64,000 nt of DNA from Acholeplasmataceae bacterium (GTDB lineage Bacteria > Bacillota_I > Bacilli_A > Acholeplasmatales > Acholeplasmataceae): contig OY775910.1 of NCBI GenBank assembly GCA_963675245.1, forward strand, positions 608,001 through 672,000, read 5' to 3'. The translations under genes and the position numbers were made by a program. Numbering within the stretch: the stretch's first letter is position 1; each line of letters starts with the position of its first letter. Below, in pieces: positions 1-8,830 of this stretch. Under the pieces are notes generated by a model that searched no databases, was not told the DNA's origin, and saw nothing but the letters and a program-made list of their open reading frames with translations.

Positions 1-476
1 AAAACGGCGTTGAGATTGGTATCCAAATTATTCCTGGTATCTTGGTTATCTCAACTGTCATCTTGATGTTAACAAATACAATGCCTGCTGGTGGATATTC
101 AGGTGCCGCTTTAGAGGGTGTTGGTTATCTTCCTCAAATAGGTCAGTACTTAATGTTTATATTTAAACCTTTATTTGGATTCCAAAATCCTGAAGCTATC
201 GCATTCCCGTTAATTAGTTTGGGTAGTGCTGGTGCTGCCATAGGGATAGTTCCTGATTTTATAACAAACGGTTATATCACCATTAGAGATATTGCAGTAT
301 TTACGGCGATTGGCACCACGTGGAGTGGCTATTTATCAACACATGTATCTATGATGGATGGTGTTGGGTCTAGGGGATTAACAGGAAAGGCTATTTTATC
401 CCACACCATTGGTGGTTTGGTAAGTGGTGTTGTTGCTAATTATTTATTCATGTTGTTTACATTAATTTTTGGATAA
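1..476 (+). CDS. Membrane protein, nucleoside-recognition/Gate-like (SpmB-like) C-terminal part; 5' truncated by window
   Basis: Frame is open from position 3 (NGVEIGIQIIPGILV...); hydrophobic Gly-rich helices, motifs LFGF..PEAIAFP and SGYLSTH. Confidence 0.55.
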   Translation, partial: NGVEIGIQIIPGILVISTVILMLTNTMPAGGYSGAALEGVGYLPQIGQYLMFIFKPLFGFQNPEAIAFPLISLGSAGAAIGIVPDFITNGYITIRDIAVFTAIGTTWSGYLSTHVSMMDGVGSRGLTGKAILSHTIGGLVSGVVANYLFMLFTLIFG

Positions 477-497
477 AGTTAAAACATACATATTCAT

Positions 498-532
498 AAA
501 AAAGATCACCACATGATAGTGGTGATTTTTTA
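498..532. terminator. Bidirectional intrinsic terminator between convergent genes
   Basis: A-run, ATCACCAC-loop-GTGGTGAT, T-run. Confidence 0.7.
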
Positions 533-555
533 TGTGATTCAATAAATAGTTATCC

Positions 556-1692
556 TTACCAATTGCCTTGCAATCCAATAAATATGATTATAAAATCCTC
601 TAAATCAATTGATTCATCTGTTATGTATGTATCTAGATCATCCGGAAGTTCAGGCATATCTACATTAAAACGCATGTCAAAAGAAAAATTCAAATCAACC
701 GTCTGTGTTGTGCTTGATGTTGAAGAAAACATTCGAATATCAATTGTTGAAACCACACGCACAATTTCTTCTTGATCCATAACGACATCAACAGTGATAT
801 TGAAATTATCAATATCTGCAATGCTTTCTCTGTAATCACTAATGATTGAGTCTATTTCAGCTGATACTTCTTCTTCAGATCCAACATCTTCTTCATTTTC
901 CGCTCTTTTGTCATAGATAAACTGAAGTAAATCTTCTAAGTGGATTCGGAGTAGTCCTTTATTTATTTCAAGACGAACATCTGTTATACCTCGTCTTTGG
1001 TATACTGTCATGATTGGAAAAACATCAAGCATTTCAAAAAAGTTTTCCAAACTAAATAAATCCAAAAGTTCAGATGAAAAGTCGATATCAATATCCGTCA
1101 GATCTGATGTGTCTAACAAATCATCTAGATTTAAATTGGAAAGAGATGTCTTTTCTTTGCCTAAACCATTAAAGATAACTTCATGATTTTTATCTTCCCA
1201 TTCTTTATACTCCATTAAATCTTCATACTCGACATTTCTATTCAAAAATACATAACCATCATCTAAATATGTGTCAAACGCTACTTTCATCATGACATCT
1301 TCTTCTTTTACCATGTTATTACTCATTGTAAAAATTTGATAAAAAACTCTGTGATAGCTGCTATTAGCAGTTGCACTTAATTGAATGTCATTTAAAGAAT
1401 CTGATTCAGTCATATAAATAAAAGCGTTCATTGAAAAATCAATTGTCTGCTTATAATCATTGCCATAAAATGTGTTTTGATTTGTTTCTGAATTCATATT
1501 AAACGTGAAATCAAGCGAATTTGCTCCGTTAGTTTGTTCTAAATCAAGCTCATCGAAAATTGCTTTAAGATCCTCGCTTGATATATCAATAATATCGCCT
1601 TCATCAAAATGACTAATATCATATGGATCACCACAGGCAAATAATAAGAGTGATACTAAGATCATAATTAACATCAGTGATGTTTTTTTCAT
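556..1692 (-). CDS. Acidic lipoprotein of unknown function
   Basis: Start MKKTSL with GGCGGAG SD; signal peptide ending in lipobox LFA-C; D/E-rich body. Confidence 0.7.
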   Translation of the reverse strand: MKKTSLMLIMILVSLLLFACGDPYDISHFDEGDIIDISSEDLKAIFDELDLEQTNGANSLDFTFNMNSETNQNTFYGNDYKQTIDFSMNAFIYMTESDSLNDIQLSATANSSYHRVFYQIFTMSNNMVKEEDVMMKVAFDTYLDDGYVFLNRNVEYEDLMEYKEWEDKNHEVIFNGLGKEKTSLSNLNLDDLLDTSDLTDIDIDFSSELLDLFSLENFFEMLDVFPIMTVYQRRGITDVRLEINKGLLRIHLEDLLQFIYDKRAENEEDVGSEEEVSAEIDSIISDYRESIADIDNFNITVDVVMDQEEIVRVVSTIDIRMFSSTSSTTQTVDLNFSFDMRFNVDMPELPDDLDTYITDESIDLEDFIIIFIGLQGNW

Positions 1693-1852
1693 AATTAACT
1701 CCGCCTTAAAAAGCTTTGTCATGATTAATCATTTTATCACACACATTAAACTTTCTTTTAAGCGACTATCAACAATTAACATGTTGATGACTCCTCTTGA
1801 ATATTACACATAAGAAGGGTATGTATAGTGTGATTAAAACATAGAAGTTTTT

Positions 1853-2908
1853 CTAATGATCAACTTTACTTTTGTTTACGTGCTTAATCTTTTTAATCAT
1901 CAAATATATAACGGGTACCGCATAAATGCTTAACAACCAATAAAATCTTGGTATTTGGTCTTTGATAAATAAAAATGCTACTGGTATGGTTGTCCCAATC
2001 GACATAAAACAAATCGTAATTAAAATGAAGAATGCAAGTATTTCTGTTATCCACAAAAATGATTTTAATAATGCTTTTACGAAGTGATAACGTGAAGACG
2101 TTTTTGGCTTTTTTACTAAAAGATCTTCGTTTTCTTTTGATTTGAATGAAAGTGATACAATTGACACAATAATATTTAAAATGATAACAATGATCTTCGT
2201 TGTAAAAGTGATCGATTGTTGATTGATTTTAGTGCGCGTAATACGCACCAAATCAAAACCACCTCGTTCATATAATTTCATTTGAACATCATCATCTTTA
2301 AAAACTATGTATTCATGAAATATCCACTCATCATCTGAAATTAGCTCAATGTTATCCTCAGAAAAAAATATGTATTGCATATTAACATTCGGTTCATCAA
2401 CAACGCCTGAAACGACATATTCAATATCCCCTATGGTTATTGTTTCACCCACACTGTTAATGTGATCAAACATATCAATTGAAACTGACTTTGTTAGAAC
2501 AATTTGATTATTGTTTATAAATGCTCCACCAAATAAGAAGTCAAATTCATAAAAATTAAATAACGGACGGTAATACTCTTCCGTTGGCATGCCAACATTA
2601 AAAATATCGCTATCGCTGAACACAGCTTCATATCTAACATCATTAATTAATACAGTGTCTATTTTTATTGGGATTTCATCATCAAATGCAATAGTTGTGT
2701 TTGGTGTTTCAACATATTGATCATATGAATGTTGACTAATATACCCAACGTTGTCACTAAATGTATAATCTGTTGTTTCATAGTAAAGTAAAGATAATTG
2801 AAATGCAACGGGAATTAAAGCAATATTTACCACCAATAATAGCATACTGATGATTTTCTTCTTGATTTTTCCATGTTCTTGATATTTCTCTGTCAAACCA
2901 TCATTCAT
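1853..2908 (-). CDS. Membrane protein with MacB-like extracytoplasmic core (ABC permease-like)
   Basis: N-terminal TM; segment G.F...NQIVLTKSVS..MF....VGETITIG...Y.VSGVV resembles MacB_PCD; three C-terminal TMs. Confidence 0.55.
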   Translation of the reverse strand: MNDGLTEKYQEHGKIKKKIISMLLLVVNIALIPVAFQLSLLYYETTDYTFSDNVGYISQHSYDQYVETPNTTIAFDDEIPIKIDTVLINDVRYEAVFSDSDIFNVGMPTEEYYRPLFNFYEFDFLFGGAFINNNQIVLTKSVSIDMFDHINSVGETITIGDIEYVVSGVVDEPNVNMQYIFFSEDNIELISDDEWIFHEYIVFKDDDVQMKLYERGGFDLVRITRTKINQQSITFTTKIIVIILNIIVSIVSLSFKSKENEDLLVKKPKTSSRYHFVKALLKSFLWITEILAFFILITICFMSIGTTIPVAFLFIKDQIPRFYWLLSIYAVPVIYLMIKKIKHVNKSKVDH

Positions 2909-3087
2909 AAGCTTCCCCCACTATAAATTTTAGTTTTCAACGTGATTAACTGATTAAATTATAACATTTTTAAGTTCTGATAACTACTTTAATTTTTATT
3001 CATTAATAGGTTTATGGTTGACTGTAATCTGAAAATATATATTAAAAAGTCCTCAGTAATTGATACATATTCATTGAGGACTTTAAT

Positions 3088-4047
3088 CTATTTCATAATT
3101 TCTATACCAGCATGATAACCAATGTCTTCATAAATGATATTCTTCTCTTTATAAAGAGTCAAGGCTATCTCTCCAGATAAACCTTCTTTAATTTGATTAA
3201 TCATTTCTCCGTTGATAGGTGATGCAAGCGATGTTTCAACAATAGAATGAGCTTTAATATCCAATATGTATTTTCCTTTTTTTATTTTATAGTGCACTCG
3301 ATTTTTATGAATCTCTTCTAATATGACTTTGGCACAGTTATATGTTGCAAATCTATATTCTTTACTATCAACCACTAAGTTAACAATCAAACCTTTAAAA
3401 TATAATTTACCAAACGGTATATCCGCATAAGAAAACATAAACGATGTAGATGAATGACTAAAGTGATTAGATTGTAGCCAAACATAGGCACGTGGAAATG
3501 ATTTACCCCAATCTTTTTCGATATACCCTTTTTCGTGATTGAAATCGATGCTATGATTATTCGCCCTAAATGAACCTGATAGGATATGATTCATGCTCAC
3601 CACACCATGATAACACTCCATAAAATTCAAATAGGCAAATGGTCCCATAATATTTGGTGCGTATAATGATGTTCTCAAAGGTGTAAGATGTTGTAGCGTT
3701 ATCATACCATCAAGCTTTATATTTTGATCATCTATATGAATATTAACACTTGTTTTTGAGAAATGATTATCATCAATTGATATCATAAATGGTTTTTCTT
3801 GTGTGATAAAAGCTGTTGTTGGATATTTAATATAGTGCGTTTTTAATGTATGTTCTCTATCGTTTATTTCTGATATAAATATTTGAATAAATGCATGAGG
3901 ATCTTTTTTATTCAAACTAATTCCGGGAATTAATGCCAGTGTAAAGTCATTCTTTTCACTGACAAACTTATAGTACCAACCTTCAAAATAGTTGTTTTTT
4001 TTATGAATGCCTTGATACAATTCTGGATTTTTTATTCGTTTGAACAT
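3088..4047 (-). CDS. Tocopherol cyclase family protein
   Basis: YFEGWYYK, IMGPFAYL.FMECYHGVVSM and GYIEKDWGKSFP..Y.W.QSN motifs. Confidence 0.8.
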   Translation of the reverse strand: MFKRIKNPELYQGIHKKNNYFEGWYYKFVSEKNDFTLALIPGISLNKKDPHAFIQIFISEINDREHTLKTHYIKYPTTAFITQEKPFMISIDDNHFSKTSVNIHIDDQNIKLDGMITLQHLTPLRTSLYAPNIMGPFAYLNFMECYHGVVSMNHILSGSFRANNHSIDFNHEKGYIEKDWGKSFPRAYVWLQSNHFSHSSTSFMFSYADIPFGKLYFKGLIVNLVVDSKEYRFATYNCAKVILEEIHKNRVHYKIKKGKYILDIKAHSIVETSLASPINGEMINQIKEGLSGEIALTLYKEKNIIYEDIGYHAGIEIMK

Positions 4048-4092
4048 TCTATGCTCCTAACTAAGTGTCACTTTTATATATCGTTTTATATT

Positions 4093-4821
4093 TCATTTAA
4101 ACGTTTTTTCTATTTCTTTAACAATTTTATTCCGTGTGAAAGAGTAGGTATGAAATATGGTTTGTTCTAACAAGTATGGTTCATTATATGTTTTTGTAAG
4201 TGCATATAATGAGTCTAGGATTTCTTGATAAGAAATTTGGTTTTTCCGATACTGTTCAATATGTTTGAAATACGTTTCTTTATCGCTATGTGTTATATTT
4301 TTTTTAAAATATCCATACATATGCGTTAATGTGTTTTCACGATTTTGATTCGTGGGTGTTAGTGCAAACAATTGATCTAATTTCTCTTCATACTTTAATT
4401 GTATGATTTCATTTGCTAGTTGTTCTTTATTAGCAATTAAACGTCCCATTTCTTTTAGTATATGTTGATGATATGTCATAAATAGATATTTATTTATCGA
4501 TTGAAATGAAACAAGTTTCCTATATGAAAAATCTTTTTTAATCTGCTCAAATAATGCTAATTGAGACAGTTTGTTTAAACACTCGTTATCAATATATGTG
4601 ACTGATTTTAGCATTATCGTTTTGATATCTTTGTCTCTAAATTGATCGATACATTTATCGTTGTTTGCAATAATCACCAATAAATCAATCTTTAAAGCAT
4701 CAAACGTTTCGCTAAGATTATCGATATGATGTAACTCGGATTGTTGATCAAAATATATACCTTTAAGTTTATAACAGCTATATATATAAATCGTTGGGGA
4801 TGTTTGATTCAAATATCTCAC
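4093..4821 (-). CDS. DUF1722/YbgA-domain protein
   Basis: C-terminal NTLTHMYGYFKK...EPYLLEQTIF; start uncertain. Confidence 0.65.
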   Translation of the reverse strand: MRYLNQTSPTIYIYSCYKLKGIYFDQQSELHHIDNLSETFDALKIDLLVIIANNDKCIDQFRDKDIKTIMLKSVTYIDNECLNKLSQLALFEQIKKDFSYRKLVSFQSINKYLFMTYHQHILKEMGRLIANKEQLANEIIQLKYEEKLDQLFALTPTNQNRENTLTHMYGYFKKNITHSDKETYFKHIEQYRKNQISYQEILDSLYALTKTYNEPYLLEQTIFHTYSFTRNKIVKEIEKTFK

Positions 4822-4987
4822 CTTATTTTATTGATTGTTTAGCATGTGATTGCATATAGGGAATGTGTTTCAAATTATATCATATTGCGTGTCTGATCAA
4901 TAATGATTAACAATCGTTAGTGTCGTTTTCTTCGTAACTTATCATATAAAAAAAGTTCATATGATATGAACTTTATTAGTCGTTTAA

Positions 4988-5887
4988 TTATTTAATAACA
5001 CTCTGGTTTTTCCCGTTCTTTTTTGCTTCATACATATATTCATCTGCACGCTTAATAAGTGATTTTTGATCATCATTATCATTAAATAACGATCCACCTA
5101 TTGAAACAGTTACATCTATTGTCTTGCCGTCTTCCATGATATAACTTGATCCCTGTACAACGTGTCTTAATCTTTCGGCAATCATCAGCAAAGCTTCGTT
5201 GTTATCTACATTAATCAATCCAACAAACTCTTCCCCACCCCACCTACTAATTAAATCAGGTTTAGCTACATTAGATGCCAATGATTTCGCAACAATTTTC
5301 AATACTTCATCGCCAATCAAGTGACCATACGTATCATTAACATGTTTGAAGTCATCAATATCAATGATTAACAGACCAAATATATTCTTAAAAGTCTTTG
5401 CTTCATCAATACGCTTTGAAAATTGAAAATCAAAGAAATGCCGGTTAGCAGTGTTTGTAAGTGGATCTGTTTTTAGCTTATCTTTTAATTTTACATTTTC
5501 CTCGTAAATGTGCCGTTGAAAACGTTCATCTGTAAACACCTCTATCGCAGCAACGATATGATTGTCTTGGTCATATATAGGTTGTGTTTTAACATTAACT
5601 GGTATACGATAACCGTCTTTATGTTTAAGATAGATTCTTGCTTTATTAACAATGCCTTTTTTAATCGTATCCAACAGCGGACATCCCATGATGCACAGTT
5701 TATTTCCTTGTTCATCAATGTGTTGTAAGATATTGTCATAACAATAACTATTCAATACTTCTTCAGCTGTATATCCTGTAATGATTTCACAACCTTCATT
5801 CCAAAAAATAATTTTGCGTGCTTTGTCTACGACATAAACACCTTCATATAAATATGGAATAAGACTCTCTTCGTATTTGGTTTTCAT
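4988..5887 (-). CDS. PAS-GGDEF diguanylate cyclase
   Basis: PAS (IIFWN.GCE.ITGY), DPLT..ANR, DIDDFKHVNDTYGH.IGD, RWGGEEF. Confidence 0.9.
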   Translation of the reverse strand: MKTKYEESLIPYLYEGVYVVDKARKIIFWNEGCEIITGYTAEEVLNSYCYDNILQHIDEQGNKLCIMGCPLLDTIKKGIVNKARIYLKHKDGYRIPVNVKTQPIYDQDNHIVAAIEVFTDERFQRHIYEENVKLKDKLKTDPLTNTANRHFFDFQFSKRIDEAKTFKNIFGLLIIDIDDFKHVNDTYGHLIGDEVLKIVAKSLASNVAKPDLISRWGGEEFVGLINVDNNEALLMIAERLRHVVQGSSYIMEDGKTIDVTVSIGGSLFNDNDDQKSLIKRADEYMYEAKKNGKNQSVIK

Positions 5888-6238
5888 GCTTTACTCCTTT
5901 ATGGGATAATACGAAAATAATTGTCTCGTATCACATTTCCAGTATGTCTATTCACTCTATTTTATCACGTATCGCATCCATATGACGACAGTGATATAAA
6001 ACATGTCGAATTTTTATGCTCATATGTCTTCATTTTTCTCTACTATGATGTACCTGTAATAGATTTTTTTGACTCAATATTACTTATTTAAAACTAATAT
6101 GTATGGACTTATTAGGTTTGAAAAAGACCATCGCATATCTGTGATGATCTGTTTAAGTCATAATTGGAAACTATATAAGTTCGCCATTTAACTCGAATCT
6201 TTTAAACCTTTGTTAATTTATGGTTAAATTAATCACTT

Positions 6239-6901
6239 TTATTGTTTATCCATATTGTATCTGTTTTTTGTAACTTCATATAAGACGAGCATGGTGTCGA
6301 TTATCAACATATAGCTCAAAAAAAATACCCAATAATAATCATCTTTCACAATAACATACCATCTTTCAGGTGATGTAAAGGAAGAGTACCATTGATGAAC
6401 GCTATACGAATTCATATATAACCAACAAACGACTACCCATATAAAGTTGGTAGCAATAATGATTAAATGACTAAATCTATTCTTTGCTTTTCTAATAAAC
6501 AAGTACACACCATACAAGATGACTAATAAAATTGCAGACAAAGTAGTCCAAGATGCAAGAGGGTAAAGAAAGTCTAAATATCCCATGGCCTCTTGAATAG
6601 TATATGACGATAAATCAACGAATATCCACAAATTCCTAAATAACTCAAACAACGGAAGTATACTCAAAAGGATATACCATTTTGAAAATTTTATTGACGC
6701 ATATACAATGGTAGAAAAAATAATAAGTTGAATGCATAACCACATTGGTAACCCTTGTAAAACTAGCATTAATATACTTAACAATATATTCACTAAGATT
6801 AATACAGAATAAAATACATTATTCCTTACTATATCATTGAATTTTTTAAGTCCTTTTTTTGTTTTTATATTTAAATATCGAGATATTACTGATGTTTCCA
6901 T
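6239..6901 (-). CDS. Multi-pass membrane protein, possibly the frameshifted C-terminal part of the upstream XRE regulator
   Basis: About 6 TMs; overlaps the HTH ORF by 56 nt in the +1 frame; no SD at its ATG. Confidence 0.55.
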   Translation of the reverse strand: METSVISRYLNIKTKKGLKKFNDIVRNNVFYSVLILVNILLSILMLVLQGLPMWLCIQLIIFSTIVYASIKFSKWYILLSILPLFELFRNLWIFVDLSSYTIQEAMGYLDFLYPLASWTTLSAILLVILYGVYLFIRKAKNRFSHLIIIATNFIWVVVCWLYMNSYSVHQWYSSFTSPERWYVIVKDDYYWVFFLSYMLIIDTMLVLYEVTKNRYNMDKQ

Positions 6902-7085
6902 CCATTAAATCGTTCATTTGAATTTGATAGATTTTTGATATTCTTTCAAGCATATAAATATCTGGAATTGTTCTATCGTTTTCCCATGAACTAACTGTTT
7001 TAGGCGAAACAAACAACTGATCGGATAATTCTTGTTGTGTTAAGTGATGTTCTTCTCTTATTCTTTTTAGTATTTGGCTTATCAT
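6846..7085 (-). CDS. XRE-family HTH regulator
   Basis: LKRIREEHHLTQQELSDQLFVSPKTVSSWENDRTIPD; SD GAGGGGA. Confidence 0.85.
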   Translation of the reverse strand: MISQILKRIREEHHLTQQELSDQLFVSPKTVSSWENDRTIPDIYMLERISKIYQIQMNDLMDGNISNISIFKYKNKKRT

Positions 7086-7335
7086 TTGATTCCCCTCGGT
7101 ATGCGATAATCATTATTTTAATTATACCAAATCATTAATTAAATGTTTTTTTATCTATTATCTACAATATGTAGACTTAAAGTTTATTATCTATTCATTA
7201 AGTTGATAAATTATATTAACATAAAATATTGAAATTATTTTGTCTTGTAAAAAACATATAAATGTCCTTATTTCTATACATAAATTGCTTAGTTTGATAT
7301 AAGCTTTTGACTATGTGAGTTTTCTTCTCAAATAA

Positions 7336-7395
7336 ATGAAAAAAGCCCATTTCATAAGTGAAATAGGCTTATACTTATCATTTTGGTGACCCGTA
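7336..7395 (-). repeat. Direct-repeat copy of tRNA-Glu 3' end plus its terminator (att-like)
   Basis: 57/60 identical to 8541-8600; contains TGGTGACCCGTA (last 12 nt of the tRNA). Confidence 0.9.
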
Positions 7396-7427
7396 TTGGT
7401 TCCACGTTTTTAACCAAAAAATATGAA

Positions 7428-7745
7428 TTAAACTAAACAGACGATTATCATCATTAAAAAATTAAGTACACCCGCTACCCCTATAGCAACAATGGCGTAT
7501 AATACTTTACTAATACTTCTCCCAAACTTAATTCCAAATAGTGATGTAACTCCTGACAGAATTAAACCTACAATATAATAAGTAATTTGATGTTTAAATA
7601 AAAAACTCAATATTGATTCATTTAAAAGTGTATACATGGCATTGTTCAAAGTAATAAGTATATTGAAGAAAAAAGTTATAGTCGGTATAAATCCTATTGT
7701 AAAGATAAATAGTATGATCAAAAAAACAGCTTTGCTTTTATTCAT
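7428..7745 (-). CDS. Small hydrophobic membrane protein
   Basis: 105 aa, 3 predicted TMs; overlaps stop of upstream ORF. Confidence 0.6.
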   Translation of the reverse strand: MNKSKAVFLIILFIFTIGFIPTITFFFNILITLNNAMYTLLNESILSFLFKHQITYYIVGLILSGVTSLFGIKFGRSISKVLYAIVAIGVAGVLNFLMMIIVCLV

Positions 7746-8277
7746 GAATTTGTGTGTTGTTCTTTAGTATCTCAAAGATTCTAATTATTTGTTTTTCAGA
7801 GTATTTATTAATAACTATTTGTTCAATTTTATCAGTAAGCATTATTTCAATGCATTTTAGCTTTTGTTGTCCATATATGATAAACCTTTCATTGCCATAT
7901 TTATAGGTAAATTTAAGTGTTTCACCATGTGAGTTAGTATGTTCTTTCATCTCAACTATATTTATTGCTTTGATATAAGCATATTCAATCACTGTCGCTT
8001 TTTGGATCTGACTGGTTTCAATTGCAAAGTCTCCACGAACTTTAATATAATTTTCCTTAAATACTAATGTTGAAAATGAAAACATAATTAAACTGAATAA
8101 TAGCCAACTCAGTACAATTGAAAAAATAATAGTAATTAATATATCTTCGTTAGAAATCAAAATGAAAAATCCTGTAATAATAATAAAACCAGCAAAAAAC
8201 ACTAGGATTGATCTTAATCCTAACGAAATAAATCTCCTTTTTATTATACTTTTCATGATATAACCCCCTTTAACCAT
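7738..8277 (-). CDS. Hypothetical protein, 2 TM plus soluble domain
   Basis: 179-aa ORF; probable start at the second Met after AAGGGGG. Confidence 0.6.
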   Translation of the reverse strand: MVKGGYIMKSIIKRRFISLGLRSILVFFAGFIIITGFFILISNEDILITIIFSIVLSWLLFSLIMFSFSTLVFKENYIKVRGDFAIETSQIQKATVIEYAYIKAINIVEMKEHTNSHGETLKFTYKYGNERFIIYGQQKLKCIEIMLTDKIEQIVINKYSEKQIIRIFEILKNNTQIHE

Positions 8278-8540
8278 GTCTAGTTTAAATTAATTTTATC
8301 ATATGAAACCCTACTATAACTCTATTATTCATAAAAACATAGAAACTTATATGCGTATAAGTTAATTTATTTGAACAAGTTTTCGAGAATTACTAAAGAC
8401 TTTCTTTATTAAATACTGTTTGCAGCTTATATATACATAAGTTCAATAATCCTTTTTCTTTATGTGGAAAATCTACAATTTTTTAATGATTTTATGTTTG
8501 TTTTAATGCTTTAACTTTTTTGTTATTTATATGAATTTTT

Positions 8541-8600
8541 ATGAAAAAAGCCTATTTCATTAATGAAATAGGCTTATACTTATCATTTTGGTGACCCGTA
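8541..8600 (-). repeat. tRNA-proximal copy of the 60-bp repeat, including the tRNA operon terminator
   Basis: AAGCCTATTTCA-loop-TGAAATAGGCTT hairpin with A-run, followed by tRNA 3' end. Confidence 0.9.
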
Positions 8601-8664
8601 CGGGATTCGAACCCGTGAATGCATGCGTGAAAGGCATGTGAGTTAACCGTTTCTCCAACGGGCC
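8589..8664 (-). tRNA. tRNA-Glu(TTC)
   Basis: Reverse complement GGCCCGTTGGAGAAACGG...CTTTCAC...GGTTCGAATCCCGTACGGGTCACCA; encoded CCA. Confidence 0.97.
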
Positions 8665-8669
8665 AAAGG

Positions 8670-8761
8670 TGGCGGAGTAGAAGGGATTTGAACCCTTGCG
8701 CCGGTTTCCCAGCCTACACCCTTAGCAGGGGCGCCTCTTCAGCCAACTTGAGTACTACTCC
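8670..8761 (-). tRNA. tRNA-Ser(GCT)
   Basis: Reverse complement GGAGTAGTACTCAAG...CTGCTAA...long variable arm...GGTTCAAATCCCTTCTACTCCGCCA. Confidence 0.97.
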
Positions 8762-8795
8762 GTTTATCTATAAAGGTGCTTGTTTGCGCCTTTAT

Positions 8796-8824
8796 AGAAT
8801 ATCTTAAATTTAACTAATTGTCAA
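8796..8824 (-). promoter_or_regulatory. Sigma-A promoter of the tRNA operon
   Basis: TTGACA-17 nt-TATTCT on minus strand. Confidence 0.8.
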
Positions 8825-8830
8825 TGCTTT

